A stretch of 64,000 bases of DNA from an uncultured Planctomycetaceae bacterium. GTDB taxonomy: Bacteria > Planctomycetota > Planctomycetia > Planctomycetales > Planctomycetaceae. The notes beneath the pieces were generated by a model. It was not told the origin of the DNA, did no database searches, and worked only from the letters and a program-made list of their open reading frames with translations. Below are positions 1 through 10,606 of the stretch, piece after piece (position 1 is the stretch's first letter; the number at the start of each line of letters is the position of its first letter). Made by a program: the position numbers and the translations under genes. The DNA lies in assembly GCA_963976765.1 (NCBI GenBank), contig CAXBME010000003.1:372001-436000 (forward strand), written 5' to 3'.

Positions 1-1122
1 GTCCACCGAATCCGGAAGTCCAGTAACGGCATCGTAGGTTGACGAGTTGGTAACATAGAACATGACTCCCTCCGCGTTAATCCGCCCACCTGTCATCAAC
101 AACGAAATGCCGTCTAGAGGTTCAGCACTGCGAATGACGTAAATTCCTGGCTCGAAATTCACCTTGCCGGAAATAATGTGAATCCACTCGTAAATTCCAG
201 GCTCCAGCGTGACCGGTAGCCCGATCGGTAACCCTGCAATCGTGACGCCGCCACGCAAGGTCGTATCAACGTTGACCGGATCAACACTCGCCACCGGCAC
301 GGGCAGGCGTCGGAACGGGTCAGCAACCGGCGACTGGTTGGCCTTCAGCGGGTTCGATTTGGCGGGGTCAACGTGCCCGGTGCTGGATGGCGTATCGACT
401 CCACCAGTCACGCGAATTTCCTCCGCGAGCAGTTTCGACGTTCCGATAAATGGCGTTGCGGCAAGAGCGTACGGCGGGCCTGCGCCTGTCGAGACGGTCT
501 GGCCGGCCTCGTCCACACCGCCCCATTCGTTGTTGATGGCGACCCTTCCATCCACGATCAGTCGGCCCAACCCTTCGACTTCCTGACCGCCGATAATTAC
601 CGGCAGAGTCGGGATCGCAGGAGTGACGGACAGCACGGTGATCGCCTCTGGAGACGGATCGAGCACGATCAATGCCTGATCAACCGGGACGGCTTCGATG
701 CCGGCGACAGACACCGTCCGGATTGTTGCCGGTGTGTCGTCGCCAAATGTACCCGCAAAAAACGTTGACGCCGGGTTGGAAACAACGACCTCGACAAAAC
801 CGGTTCGTCCAGCAAAAGGCCCCTCAGATGGAGGACTACTGAGCGTCACCGTCGCACCGGCCAGGTCATTGAGATCGTGCACGAAATCTTCCGCAACGGA
901 CGTGGCAGCGCTGAGTGATCCACCATCGGCGAGCACGTTCACTGCTGCAGTGCCCGCCGCGTCGGTCGCGTTCTGACAATGCCGATACTCCGCCATCAGG
1001 ATTGCACTATCGATCACAAGGGCAAGCATGCCGAAGATCGCAGTCAACGAGACAGCAACCAGCACAAGCACCTGGCCACTTCTCGGCGTGACAGCATTGT
1101 GATGACGATTCGCTTTTCGCAT
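1..1122 (-). CDS. TadG-like pilus assembly protein with N-terminal Tad domain (3' end runs off window)
   Basis: Manual translation from ATG at 1122: MRKANRHHNAVTPRSGQVLVLVAVSLTAIFGMLALVIDSAILMAEYRHCQNATDAAGTAA, a pilin-like N-terminus with Q..xDAAxxAA motif. Lies downstream of the tadE genes. Absent from the ORF track because it has no stop in the window. Confidence 0.8.
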   Translation of the reverse strand, partial: MRKANRHHNAVTPRSGQVLVLVAVSLTAIFGMLALVIDSAILMAEYRHCQNATDAAGTAAVNVLADGGSLSAATSVAEDFVHDLNDLAGATVTLSSPPSEGPFAGRTGFVEVVVSNPASTFFAGTFGDDTPATIRTVSVAGIEAVPVDQALIVLDPSPEAITVLSVTPAIPTLPVIIGGQEVEGLGRLIVDGRVAINNEWGGVDEAGQTVSTGAGPPYALAATPFIGTSKLLAEEIRVTGGVDTPSSTGHVDPAKSNPLKANQSPVADPFRRLPVPVASVDPVNVDTTLRGGVTIAGLPIGLPVTLEPGIYEWIHIISGKVNFEPGIYVIRSAEPLDGISLLMTGGRINAEGVMFYVTNSSTYDAVTGLPDSVD

Positions 1123-1287
1123 TCGGAGTGTCTGCTGTCTGAAAATAGTTGACGAGGTAAAGTCTGGCGGCTGACTTTGCAGCCCTTTCACTGGTTCCAT
1201 AAACGTCGTTTGAAACTCAACCAACGACGCGTTCCTGTTCTTCGACGCAGCGATTTTACGAGCCACTGTGGCCATAAATTCGTGAGG

Positions 1288-1782
1288 CTAATGCTGAATT
1301 CGCATAGTGCTGGCCCCTCGAAGCACAATTGGTTCTGTTCCAAACAGGAACGGAACGATGGGTTGATGTTGATAACTGACCAGGATGCGGACACGGTCAT
1401 TCATGGCGTTTCCACCGTCCGGCCACTCCGCCGTGATCGAGACATTCGCTGGCTCAAGTGCCACAAGCGCCGATCGGATAGTCGTTGCAATCTCGGATGA
1501 GTCTGCAGCCGAACCATTAAACGTGGACGGTCCCCATGACGCTCGTTCCGGTTCCGACAGCTCTCCTCGGACAATTGCTTCACGTGTGCCTCGCCGGGCT
1601 GCCTCCGAAACCAGGTTGAACCGAAGCACGCCCATCGCCAGATCAAGCATTCCCAGCAACAGAATCAGAATCACACTCAGAACAACCGCGCCTTCAATCA
1701 CGACGGCTCCACGTCGCTGATGGATCGTCGCGAATCGTCGCGTCATTGCACGGTCTGGGAATCGAGTTGAGGATGTTTTCAT
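1288..1782 (-). CDS. tadE: TadE/TadG-family pseudopilin
   Basis: RRGAVVIEGAVVLSVILILLLGMLD...EAARRGTREA, the TadE prepilin motif (G-x4-E, hydrophobic helix, AAR.G.R.A); tad context. Confidence 0.85.
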   Translation of the reverse strand: MKTSSTRFPDRAMTRRFATIHQRRGAVVIEGAVVLSVILILLLGMLDLAMGVLRFNLVSEAARRGTREAIVRGELSEPERASWGPSTFNGSAADSSEIATTIRSALVALEPANVSITAEWPDGGNAMNDRVRILVSYQHQPIVPFLFGTEPIVLRGASTMRIQH

Positions 1783-1813
1783 GGTGAGTCTCCAGGCGGT
1801 GTCGCAAATTCAG

Positions 1814-2257
1814 TCAAAGCTGGAGTTTCATGGTTGACTGTCGGTTCAGCTGAATGGTTTCCGGCAACCCGTTACTGCTGATCACCGGTTTAAACTCGTA
1901 GCCTGCATCGACCGAAACACGTTGACCACCAGCAGGGTCTACCGATACCTCGATCGCGATCTGAAGTGCCTCGATATCGAATCCGGGAGTCTCTGCCATT
2001 TCCTCGATCGCCGCCGCACGAATATCTGCTTCCCATTGATCCTGGGTGGCCGGAGTCACTCGATGATTGGCGCCGTACTCTGCGCCCGTTCTGGCCGCAT
2101 TCGTGAGCGCCACCCAGACGCTTCCGAACTGTCCGAAATCCACACACCCAAATACGACGACAACCACGAACGGCAGAACGATCGCCAGTTCAACAACCGC
2201 TGCACCACCTCTCACCGAATGAACGGGCTGTTTCGACTGTACGAGTTGACGTTTCAT
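1814..2257 (-). CDS. tadE: TadE-family pseudopilin
   Basis: RGGAAVVELAIVLPFVVVVVFGCVDFG...LTNAARTGAEYG. Confidence 0.87.
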   Translation of the reverse strand: MKRQLVQSKQPVHSVRGGAAVVELAIVLPFVVVVVFGCVDFGQFGSVWVALTNAARTGAEYGANHRVTPATQDQWEADIRAAAIEEMAETPGFDIEALQIAIEVSVDPAGGQRVSVDAGYEFKPVISSNGLPETIQLNRQSTMKLQL

Positions 2258-2373
2258 CGTTCCCCCCTGTCTTCCTGAACGAACCGATCTTCATGGCATC
2301 CCAACGCGGCTATGCCCTCGCACCTGCACTCATCCAATCAGTTCAAAAATCCCGGTTCCAAAATCGCATCTGA

Positions 2374-3321
2374 TCAATTCACATCCAGCAGCAGATGCTT
2401 AATCTGCATGACGGCAGGGCCAATCAATACAACGAACATCGCAGGAAAAATAAATAACAACGTTGGTATCAGGATCTTGACGGAAGCTTTTTGCGCCAGT
2501 TCTTCGGCTCGATGTTCACGTTGTGTCCTCGATGCGTCACTATGAACCCGCAGGAGTTCCGCCACAGAACTGCCAACTTCACTGGCCTGTTTAAAAACAA
2601 GTCCCAATGACCGCAGTTCGTCCAGGTCGGTACGCTCTGCACAGCGAAGAAACGCCTCGTTCCGACTTCGTCCGAGTTTCATTTCCTGCTCCATCAACCG
2701 CATCTCAAGATTGAAATCGGGATGGACATTCTCAAGCTCTTCAGCCACCTTGTGAATGGCGCCGTCAATACTTAAACCACTTCCAAGACACGCGATAATC
2801 AGGTCCAGATAATCGGGAAGTGCCCGCCGCAGGATTCGTTGTCGCTTTGTTTTCCTCCGATCAAGCCACAGACCTGGGAGGATGAAGCCTGCCAGGCCAA
2901 CGCCGACCCCTGCGAGCAGACCCACTTTTGTTTTCGGCTGGCCGACACTTGCCGAAACCAGACCGACGACTGGTAAAACAACCATCATCAACATCTTGAT
3001 CGTGACGAAGGCTGAAAGAGCGAACGGCGAGTAAAATCCCGCATGCGAAAGCCGGTCCTTCAGTCTTGTCCTTTTCGCATCACTGGCCGGCAATAAGCAT
3101 GACGCGATGCGGGGAAGAGTATTCTTAATACGGTTACTGGCCGACACCTGTTTCTTTTGCGGGAATACTCGCGGGCCGTCATTGACAATGTCTAACGTCA
3201 TTCGTTCCAGACGATCATCGGCGCGATCGTCATCATGATTCAGCAGCTGCATAATCATCAACCCGATCGAGCTGACGACCGTAACGACGACTGCAATTAT
3301 TGTCAGTGAGTCTAAATTCAT
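2374..3321 (-). CDS. tadC: Tad pilus inner-membrane platform protein TadC (T2SSF family)
   Basis: ALPDYLDLIIACLGSGLS, E..LG.SR.EA, AEELAQKASVKILIPTLLFIFPA. Start moved to ATG 3321 to avoid overlap with tadB. Confidence 0.9.
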   Translation of the reverse strand: MNLDSLTIIAVVVTVVSSIGLMIMQLLNHDDDRADDRLERMTLDIVNDGPRVFPQKKQVSASNRIKNTLPRIASCLLPASDAKRTRLKDRLSHAGFYSPFALSAFVTIKMLMMVVLPVVGLVSASVGQPKTKVGLLAGVGVGLAGFILPGLWLDRRKTKRQRILRRALPDYLDLIIACLGSGLSIDGAIHKVAEELENVHPDFNLEMRLMEQEMKLGRSRNEAFLRCAERTDLDELRSLGLVFKQASEVGSSVAELLRVHSDASRTQREHRAEELAQKASVKILIPTLLFIFPAMFVVLIGPAVMQIKHLLLDVN

Positions 3322-3374
3322 CACCAAGCCAATATGTCTGAACACAGAAGCGTTACACTCGAATCCAGACACTA

Positions 3375-4334
3375 CTAGTAGTCCACATTGATAATGTGCC
3401 AAATCCAAATCGCTCCCACCGCTTCCGAAAGGAGAGTCATCCCAATAATTCCGGGATTCGCCAGAAGCAGTTCGGCATATCCGCGGCTCAGAAAATACAT
3501 CGCGGCAAATAATGCAAAAGGGAGCACAAGAAGTAACGATGCCTGCATCCGACTTTCAGCCGAAAGAGCCTTTAACTTGCCGGCGAACCGCAACCGCTTT
3601 CTCAGGACGTCTGAGAGATTATTAAGCAGTTCGGCCGAGTTGCCCCCAGTCTGACGTTGAATGAGAAGCACTACAGCCAGCATCTTCAGTTCGACAATAC
3701 CTGTGCGGCGTGCCAGGTCACGAAGCGCCGCTTCAGTCGGCATGCCCATCGTTTGCTGATCGTTGCAGTAAGAAAACTCTTCTGCCAACGGCGCGGGCGA
3801 CTCCGTCGCAACCAATTGAAAAGCGCGATGCAAAGTCTGACCTGCGCGCACAGCGCCACTCATCATTTCGCAGGCTTCCGGAAGTTGTGCACACAGAACA
3901 TTTCGACGCTGACGCCCTTTTGCAATTAGAAACAGACAAGGAGCGGGAACCACAGCCAGCATACTCACTATAGTCAACAGAGGACGACTCGATATGCAGA
4001 ACGCTGCGACGCCAGACAATACCGACAGGACCAGAGTCGTTAATAAATACCCTTTACATTGAGGTTCCATTCCGGCCTGCTCGAACAGCAGCTCCAGTCT
4101 CTCATTGAGACTTTTATTACCAAACGTGCTGGCAGAGGTAATCTTGCCAAGATCGCGAAAGAGTTGAGTCGACTGATGGGCTCGTGCTGCAATCTTTTGC
4201 TTGAATTCACTGTCCAGCCGTTTGTCGACGCGGGATTTGTATCGCGGAACGATATCCATCAGGAGAGACAGTACTCCCGCGACGGATACGCCGATTGTCG
4301 AAAGTGTCAGGATGCTGACTATGGATGGACTCAT
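3375..4334 (-). CDS. tadB: Tad pilus inner-membrane protein TadB (T2SSF family)
   Basis: QLPEACEMMSGAVRAGQTL..., IQRQTGGNSAELL.NLSDVLRKR, KALSAESRMQA. Confidence 0.9.
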   Translation of the reverse strand: MSPSIVSILTLSTIGVSVAGVLSLLMDIVPRYKSRVDKRLDSEFKQKIAARAHQSTQLFRDLGKITSASTFGNKSLNERLELLFEQAGMEPQCKGYLLTTLVLSVLSGVAAFCISSRPLLTIVSMLAVVPAPCLFLIAKGRQRRNVLCAQLPEACEMMSGAVRAGQTLHRAFQLVATESPAPLAEEFSYCNDQQTMGMPTEAALRDLARRTGIVELKMLAVVLLIQRQTGGNSAELLNNLSDVLRKRLRFAGKLKALSAESRMQASLLLVLPFALFAAMYFLSRGYAELLLANPGIIGMTLLSEAVGAIWIWHIINVDY

Positions 4335-4453
4335 GATTCAGCATTTCTTAAAACGGGGCCATTTCAGTTGGATTGTTTCAAGGCAAGTTGTTTCACAACT
4401 GTCGATTGAGCGGATCCCGGATCCCTGTCGCTCCAGACGAGTCATCGGCTGGT

Positions 4454-5755
4454 TCAAGCCTGCGTTTCCTCAAAGTGCGCCAGCGGGATTTCATTTCCAG
4501 ATTGTTCGAGTTTGGCCAGACATTCTGGCCGGATGCCGGTGGCTGAAAAGTATCCCTGCACGGCTCGTCGGGATGTCACACCAGTCTTTCGAAACGTGAA
4601 CAGCTCGTGCATGGCTATAACGTCGCCATCAAATCCTGTTACTTCCGAGATACTGGTAATCTTGCGTTTGCCTCCCGGGAGACGATTTACCTGAACGACA
4701 ATCTGGACCGCTGATGCAATCTGACGGCGAATCATCCAGATGGGGGCATCAAATCCTGCCAGTGCCTGCAGCATTTCCAACCGACCAATAGCATCGCGTG
4801 TCGTATTGGCATGCAGAGTTGTCAAACTTCCGTCGTGACCAGTATTCAATGCCTGCAGCATGTCATAGGCCTCTTCGCCTCGGCACTCGCCGACGATAAT
4901 CCGGTCCGGCCTCATGCGAAGCGTATTCCGCAGGAGATCGCGAGTGGTGACCGCTCCTTTACCTTCCTGATTGGCTGGACGCGATTCCATTCTTGCAACA
5001 TGCGGTTGCTGAAGTTGTAGTTCAGCGGCGTCTTCGATCGTGGCAACTCGCTCATCATCGGGGATAAAGCTGGAAAGAATGTTGAGCAGAGTCGTTTTGC
5101 CGCTGCCCGTTCCTCCTGAAATGACAATGTTGAGCCGGGCTTTCACACAGGCTGCGAGGAAGTCGATCATTTCCTGCGTGCAGGATCCTCTTCGAACCAG
5201 GTTCGCCGCACACAAAGGCCGATCGGGAAACCGACGAATTGATAAGAGGGCGCCATCGAGTGCTAACGGCGAGATAACGGCATTCACACGACTGCCATCG
5301 GGAAGACGAGTATCCACCATCGGCGAGGCTTCATCGACTCGGCGACCAGATCTTGACACGATTCGCTGCACGATGTCTTCAAGGTGCTTATTGTCGTCAA
5401 AAGTGACGGATGTGAGCTGTAACCTTCCGTTGCGTTCGATGTAAACGTTGGATGGTCCATTGATCAGGATGTCTGAAACGCCGGGATCACTCAGTAAGGC
5501 TTCAAGTGGACCGAGACCAAACGTTTCGTCCATCAGATCGCTGATCAAACGATCGCGTTCGGCCGAACTCATCAACTCAGCTTGCAGTTGACACAGTTCT
5601 TCTGCGCCGCGCCGCAGTTCCTGTCGAATTTCACGGTCATCCATTGTTCCAATGACTGAAAGATCCATGTGTGCCAGAAGTTGCTCATGAAGCTCCTGCT
5701 TGATCCTCCGGCATCGAGCATCGGCGTGTGTGTCGTGTGTCGCAGAGATAACCAT
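4454..5755 (-). CDS. cpaF: Tad pilus assembly ATPase CpaF/TadA
   Basis: [21 protein letters not shown], Walker [49 protein letters not shown]. Confidence 0.97.
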   Translation of the reverse strand: MVISATHDTHADARCRRIKQELHEQLLAHMDLSVIGTMDDREIRQELRRGAEELCQLQAELMSSAERDRLISDLMDETFGLGPLEALLSDPGVSDILINGPSNVYIERNGRLQLTSVTFDDNKHLEDIVQRIVSRSGRRVDEASPMVDTRLPDGSRVNAVISPLALDGALLSIRRFPDRPLCAANLVRRGSCTQEMIDFLAACVKARLNIVISGGTGSGKTTLLNILSSFIPDDERVATIEDAAELQLQQPHVARMESRPANQEGKGAVTTRDLLRNTLRMRPDRIIVGECRGEEAYDMLQALNTGHDGSLTTLHANTTRDAIGRLEMLQALAGFDAPIWMIRRQIASAVQIVVQVNRLPGGKRKITSISEVTGFDGDVIAMHELFTFRKTGVTSRRAVQGYFSATGIRPECLAKLEQSGNEIPLAHFEETQA

Positions 5756-6072
5756 GTACGCTCCTGATCGGTGCTGATCTCAGGGATGTGGGTGGAATAA
5801 GTTCTCGATTGGGAAACTGAATAAATTCAGGCAAAGAGGCTGTGAGACAGAAACTGGGAACCAACAATGTTTCTGGGTAGCCGAAAGTACACAGCGGGTT
5901 GGGCCAGGGAACAAGCTCGACGATTTAAAGACTTGAGAGAGGTGATCGTACTTCTGTCGTGGCCCACCCGACCGTGTGATTGAAATCACGAATTTGTTCC
6001 CAACACGTCTGTAGCCAGCGTGAGTCCAGTTGAGGATGTCACACGAAAGAGAAATTGCGCCGTCCACATTTC

Positions 6073-7212
6073 TCAACTGGCTGCAAGCGTTGAGGCTCGG
6101 ATATCCCGCTTGGCCAGAGAACTGGCCAGAATCCTGATCCTTCTGGATACTTTTGAAGACGGGGATTCAAGGACGACGGGCACACCACAATTCATCGCAT
6201 GAATAACACGTTTGGGGTCGTCAGGAATGAGGTGCTGTATCGGACGTTTCAAGGCATCTTCAGCCTGAGCCTGTGAGAGTTGTCGAGACTGACCGCAACG
6301 GTTAGCGACGAGTTCGATCCTGCCAGATTCGACACCGTTTCGTTCGAGATACTCGACCGTTCGTCGAGTGTTCCTCAACGAAACAAAATCCAGACGCAAC
6401 ACCAGTAAGATCACATCGCTCAGGTTGAGTGCTGCCAATTGGTCATCGTGGAAGCTGTCCTGAACATCCAGAATGACATGCGGGTATGTGTTTCTTGCTG
6501 TTTGCAGGATTTGCGTCATTGCATCCGGACTGAGTTGGACGACTTCCGGATATTGTTGAGGTGCCCCCAGAAGATGAATTCCGTTTTCGTGTTTGTGCAT
6601 CGACTGTTCCAGCATTGCCGAATCGATTGTGCTGAGATTTCGAGCCAGATCAGCAACGCTGTGCTTCGGTCGGACATCCAGCAGTGCTGAAAGATCGCCA
6701 GCCCACGGTTGGAGGTCGAGCAACGCGCATCGCCCGTGGTCCTTCGCCAGAACCGCCGCGCAATTGGTTGCCAGAGTGCTGCATCCGCTGCCACCGTTGG
6801 CTGAATAAAGCGACACGATTTGCCCCAGTTTCGGAGCGGCAGTCTCGGTAATCCGACTGAGCAGTCGTTCGACTTCCTCATCCAGGTTGTCGTTAAGGTC
6901 AAGGTAGTCATCCGACCCTGCACGCACCGACGCCAGAATTCGATGAGCACTGACATCTTCGCCCACGGTCACCAGACAAGCAGTCGTTGTTGAACGCAAC
7001 CGTCGTAACCTCGTGACAGTTCGGTCAAATTGTGGATCTTCGATCAACAGGACAAGATCCGGGCTGTCGTCGGTGGCCGACATGTCCGTCAGTCGTTGGT
7101 CGAGTTCTTCAGAGCGAACGACGGTCGGATTACGACCACGGGTTCGAAGTGAGCGAGTGAGGGCGTCGACAACGGACTCGTTTCCGCCAGCGATCAGAGT
7201 GGGAGATACCAT
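6073..7212 (-). CDS. cpaE: Pilus assembly protein CpaE/TadZ (receiver-like domain + MinD/ParA-like domain)
   Basis: N-terminal atypical receiver (ASVRAGSDDYL), deviant Walker A YSANGGSGCSTLATN, A.N.GVPV C-terminus; directly upstream of cpaF. Confidence 0.88.
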   Translation of the reverse strand: MVSPTLIAGGNESVVDALTRSLRTRGRNPTVVRSEELDQRLTDMSATDDSPDLVLLIEDPQFDRTVTRLRRLRSTTTACLVTVGEDVSAHRILASVRAGSDDYLDLNDNLDEEVERLLSRITETAAPKLGQIVSLYSANGGSGCSTLATNCAAVLAKDHGRCALLDLQPWAGDLSALLDVRPKHSVADLARNLSTIDSAMLEQSMHKHENGIHLLGAPQQYPEVVQLSPDAMTQILQTARNTYPHVILDVQDSFHDDQLAALNLSDVILLVLRLDFVSLRNTRRTVEYLERNGVESGRIELVANRCGQSRQLSQAQAEDALKRPIQHLIPDDPKRVIHAMNCGVPVVLESPSSKVSRRIRILASSLAKRDIRASTLAAS

Positions 7213-7290
7213 TCTTGCGTCCCTTCTTTCAATTGGTGCTGAGTCTTGTAGTGATGATCGGCGTTCTGACTGAGACCGAAGAGCTTGCGA

Positions 7291-8310
7291 CTACCGATGA
7301 ATGTGGGTTCCGACGGGGTCAATTATCGCTTGAACCTGCGTGTGGTCAGTTTGCGATCCGGTGGGAGTTGCGTAGTACGGCTCGAAGTAAATACGACCTG
7401 ACTGCGAGCCTCGCATTGTTCTGATGAATCTGGGTGGCGGAGGCAGTTTCTGCTCGTTCGATGTGGTGAGCTGCGCAAGTCCTCGCTGCTGACGAGTTGT
7501 GCTCAACGGTTCTCCACGGCTGGTACTGAACGGCTCTGACCTGCCATCAATTTCTGTTTGAGGTGGCGACTGGACAACCAGCGAGCCTGGTTCATTAATC
7601 GCCCCCTCCAGTTCCGACAGGCACGCGCGGTACGGAGGGGGGACGAGTTGATCATCCGGGTGCCTTAGAATCAGGTGCAACGAGCCCCGAGTTTGTCCCA
7701 ACTGCAACCGCGAAGCCTGCTGTCGTGTAGCCAGCAGAGTGACCGACTGCATTTCATTCAGGTTGACATGATTTTCGCGTGGGATCTGGGTCTTCTGGTT
7801 GACCGCCAGGATCTCCACATTCTGAGCAACGGTCACAGTTAAGATGTCGTCTGAGCTCCGGCCGCCGGTCTGGTTCAGAGTCAGCAGTACATCGACACGG
7901 TTTCCCGGGAGTACGAATCCCGCAACGCTTGAGGAAACGGTTGGTGTCGGAATCGTGATTGCACGCATCCCTTGAGGAATCAGTGACGCGATGGTTTGCC
8001 CGACGCCTGGCAGGGCCAGCTTGTCGTCAAGAAGCGGCTCCCCTGCAACAACGGACGTCAGTACGACTCGGTCTGCCAGTTCAGAAACACTGGTCAGCAT
8101 TCCGTCCAGCATTAAGTCTTGTGGCCAGGACTTGAGTTCGACCATTTCCGGTTGAATGGTGGTTCCGCGTTCCAGTGCTTGAGTGGCGACGGCAACCTCA
8201 ATCGATTCCGCTGTCTGGTTCGCCCCGTGTGCGAGCAGTTGAATTCCAATGATCGAGGAACCCAGGAAAGCAAGGGCCAGTAAGGCGATGGTCAACGTGC
8301 GAAAAGTCAT
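7291..8310 (-). CDS. cpaB: Flp pilus assembly protein CpaB/RcpC
   Basis: SAF-like domain (VAVATQALERGTTI..GEPL), IPQGMRAITI..VAGFVLPGNRVDVLLT, QNVEILAV. Confidence 0.93.
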   Translation of the reverse strand: MTFRTLTIALLALAFLGSSIIGIQLLAHGANQTAESIEVAVATQALERGTTIQPEMVELKSWPQDLMLDGMLTSVSELADRVVLTSVVAGEPLLDDKLALPGVGQTIASLIPQGMRAITIPTPTVSSSVAGFVLPGNRVDVLLTLNQTGGRSSDDILTVTVAQNVEILAVNQKTQIPRENHVNLNEMQSVTLLATRQQASRLQLGQTRGSLHLILRHPDDQLVPPPYRACLSELEGAINEPGSLVVQSPPQTEIDGRSEPFSTSRGEPLSTTRQQRGLAQLTTSNEQKLPPPPRFIRTMRGSQSGRIYFEPYYATPTGSQTDHTQVQAIIDPVGTHIHR

Positions 8311-8673
8311 TGTTCCATTCTCGGTGTGAAGGCGACGTGTTTGTCACTTGACGAGAATGAAATTAGGTCAGGAGCTGAAGAAAGCAGACACGATCTGAAT
8401 TAATTCTGAACAGATGAGCGACGAGGCGTGGAATGTTCACCCAGTAATCCACCTAGGGTTTCTGCCTTAGCTGCCGGCTCTGACAATTGATTGTCGTGTC
8501 TACAAACATTGCCACGCAGATTCGAAGTGAAGTTCCTCAGGTTGTCGGATTGTGGACATAGATCCCCCTTTTCATGTGGGGTGAATCACTGGACAGTCAG
8601 AACTTCTTCACAGGCGTGAACGCAAAAGTGGGTTTCCCGTAACGAAGACCGCAAAGCCCTCCGATGATAATGT

Positions 8674-10551
8674 GTGACGGTCAATTCTGTTTCACAGGTT
8701 GCAGCAACGATGCCCATAATTATCCCAGGCAATAGTCTTTTGAGACTCGGCAGCATGACCTATGCCCTGGTAGTCCTTGGGCTGTGTCTTGAGACAGAAA
8801 TGGCGACTACGCAGGAAGCAGGCACGAACGCTGCGGCCACGGCGGCCTCAGCAGATTTGAACAACCCGAAGACACCTGTACACATAAACAATTCCACATT
8901 CACAAACGTCCCCATGGATGTGGACACCGTCGACGTGGGAGCGCGTGCTTCCGACATCCAATTCTTAGATTCACATGCTGAAGCAACAAGCGATGATGAT
9001 CCGAAGTCGCCGTTTATTCGAGAGGTCAGCGGGCATTCTGAGAAGCTGAACATCATCGTTGGCCAGGGGAGACTGATCACTCTTCGAGATGGGCTATCGC
9101 AAGATGGCACTCCCGCTTTCGTCGCTGCGGGAGATCCTTCAGTGATTGACTTCGAAATCATCGGGCCGCGTCAGATTCGAGTGATCGGACAATCGATGGG
9201 CGTGACGGATCTTTCCATCACGACATCAGAAGACTACACCCACAGTATCGAAGTGCATGTCGTCGCAGATCTGGAAGTCGTCGAAGCCCGGCTACAGGCA
9301 TCATTTCCAAATGCGCAGGTCAAACTGTCGCATCTCAGAAACCACCTCGTTGTCGAAGGACAGGCGCAGAGCGTCGCTCAGGCAGATCGAATTCTGCAAA
9401 CGATCGAAGCCTACCTGATGGCGGTTCACTCTTCGCAATTGAAACAGACCAACTATGCAGGTGCGCTTGCTGAAACGGGAGAAGATCAACGAGCGACGAA
9501 CCTGGCAATGACGTCGAGCCAGCCACCAGCAGGCAGCATCGCCCGCCCCGAACAGATATTAAGGGCCCGTGGTTCATCGACGGTTCAGCCGCCACAAGTG
9601 ATCAACCTGCTGAAGATTCCCGGCGCGCAACAGGTGCTGCTGAAAGTGCAGATCGCAGAACTGAACCGCACGGCGCTGCGTCAGTTGGGCGTCAGTCTGG
9701 CCAGTACCGGTGACAACGTTTCGTTTGGCAGCAACATCACAGGAGCGGCCGGAGCGGTGAATAACGGCATACTGACATTCACCAATGCAGCGACAACAAT
9801 CGCCGGAATGCACTTTGCTGCCGACCAGACGCTGCAGTACTGGGTCGATGCCTTACAGGCGAACGGGGTGCTCAAGATTCTGGCCGAGCCAAATCTGGTG
9901 GCCAAGAATGGTCACCGGGCCAGCTTTCTGGCGGGCGGCGAGTTTCCGGTGCCGGTTCCGCAGATCAATTCATCGGGAAGTGCCACGACTACTGTCGAGT
10001 ATCGGGAGTTTGGAGTCCGGCTCAATTTTATCCCGCACATTCTCGACGACGGCGTTATCGAACTGACTGTCGAGCCGGAAGTCAGCTCGATTGACCAGAG
10101 CCTGGCAACGTCTCTGGTTGCGAACGGTAGCCCGGTGCCGGGTTTGAATACTCGGCGAGCCAATACAACGGTCGACCTTCGGGAGGGGGAAACGTTGACG
10201 ATTGCCGGGCTGATGCAACTCGAAGTCAACGGCAGTGATCGGCAGATTCCGGGACTTGGCAGCCTGCCGGTCATCGGTCCCTTTTTCAGTAATCGCAGTA
10301 GTCGTCGGTTCGAGAAAGAACTCGTTGTGCTGGTAACACCTCACCTCGTGGAATCTGTCAGGAAAGAATATCTGCCACCGCTGCCCGGATCGCAGGTTCA
10401 TGAACCGAACAACGCCGAACTGTACATGATGGGCCGCATCGAGAGTCGTGTCGGTCGCGATTTTCGATCCACCACGGAGTGGGACAGCCCTCTCGAAATA
10501 CTTCAACTGGAACGCAAACATGTGCAGGGAACCGTGGGCTTTTCGGACTGA
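8674..10551 (+). CDS. cpaC: Tad secretin CpaC/RcpA (start uncertain; ATG 8710 or 8756 possible)
   Basis: QVLLKVQIAELNRT, ILAEPNLVAKNG..ASFLAGGEFPVP, EYREFGVRLNFIP, RRANTTVDLREGETLTIAGL, ELVVLVTPHLV. Confidence 0.93.
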   Translation: MTVNSVSQVAATMPIIIPGNSLLRLGSMTYALVVLGLCLETEMATTQEAGTNAAATAASADLNNPKTPVHINNSTFTNVPMDVDTVDVGARASDIQFLDSHAEATSDDDPKSPFIREVSGHSEKLNIIVGQGRLITLRDGLSQDGTPAFVAAGDPSVIDFEIIGPRQIRVIGQSMGVTDLSITTSEDYTHSIEVHVVADLEVVEARLQASFPNAQVKLSHLRNHLVVEGQAQSVAQADRILQTIEAYLMAVHSSQLKQTNYAGALAETGEDQRATNLAMTSSQPPAGSIARPEQILRARGSSTVQPPQVINLLKIPGAQQVLLKVQIAELNRTALRQLGVSLASTGDNVSFGSNITGAAGAVNNGILTFTNAATTIAGMHFAADQTLQYWVDALQANGVLKILAEPNLVAKNGHRASFLAGGEFPVPVPQINSSGSATTTVEYREFGVRLNFIPHILDDGVIELTVEPEVSSIDQSLATSLVANGSPVPGLNTRRANTTVDLREGETLTIAGLMQLEVNGSDRQIPGLGSLPVIGPFFSNRSSRRFEKELVVLVTPHLVESVRKEYLPPLPGSQVHEPNNAELYMMGRIESRVGRDFRSTTEWDSPLEILQLERKHVQGTVGFSD

Positions 10552-10606
10552 ATTCGATTCGAAATGCCGCAGTGGAATTCGGCAGACTGCCGGCTTTGAA
10601 CGTCGC

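Noticed and set aside
8311..8673. Small Flp pilin in the cpaB-cpaC gap
   Set aside because: I found no G-x4-EY motif followed by a hydrophobic helix by eye.
8610..8675. Possible c-di-GMP-I riboswitch upstream of cpaC (GACCGCAAAGCCCTCCG)
   Set aside because: Only a short resemblance; no convincing GNRA-capped stem or downstream pairing could be built. An Infernal search would settle it.
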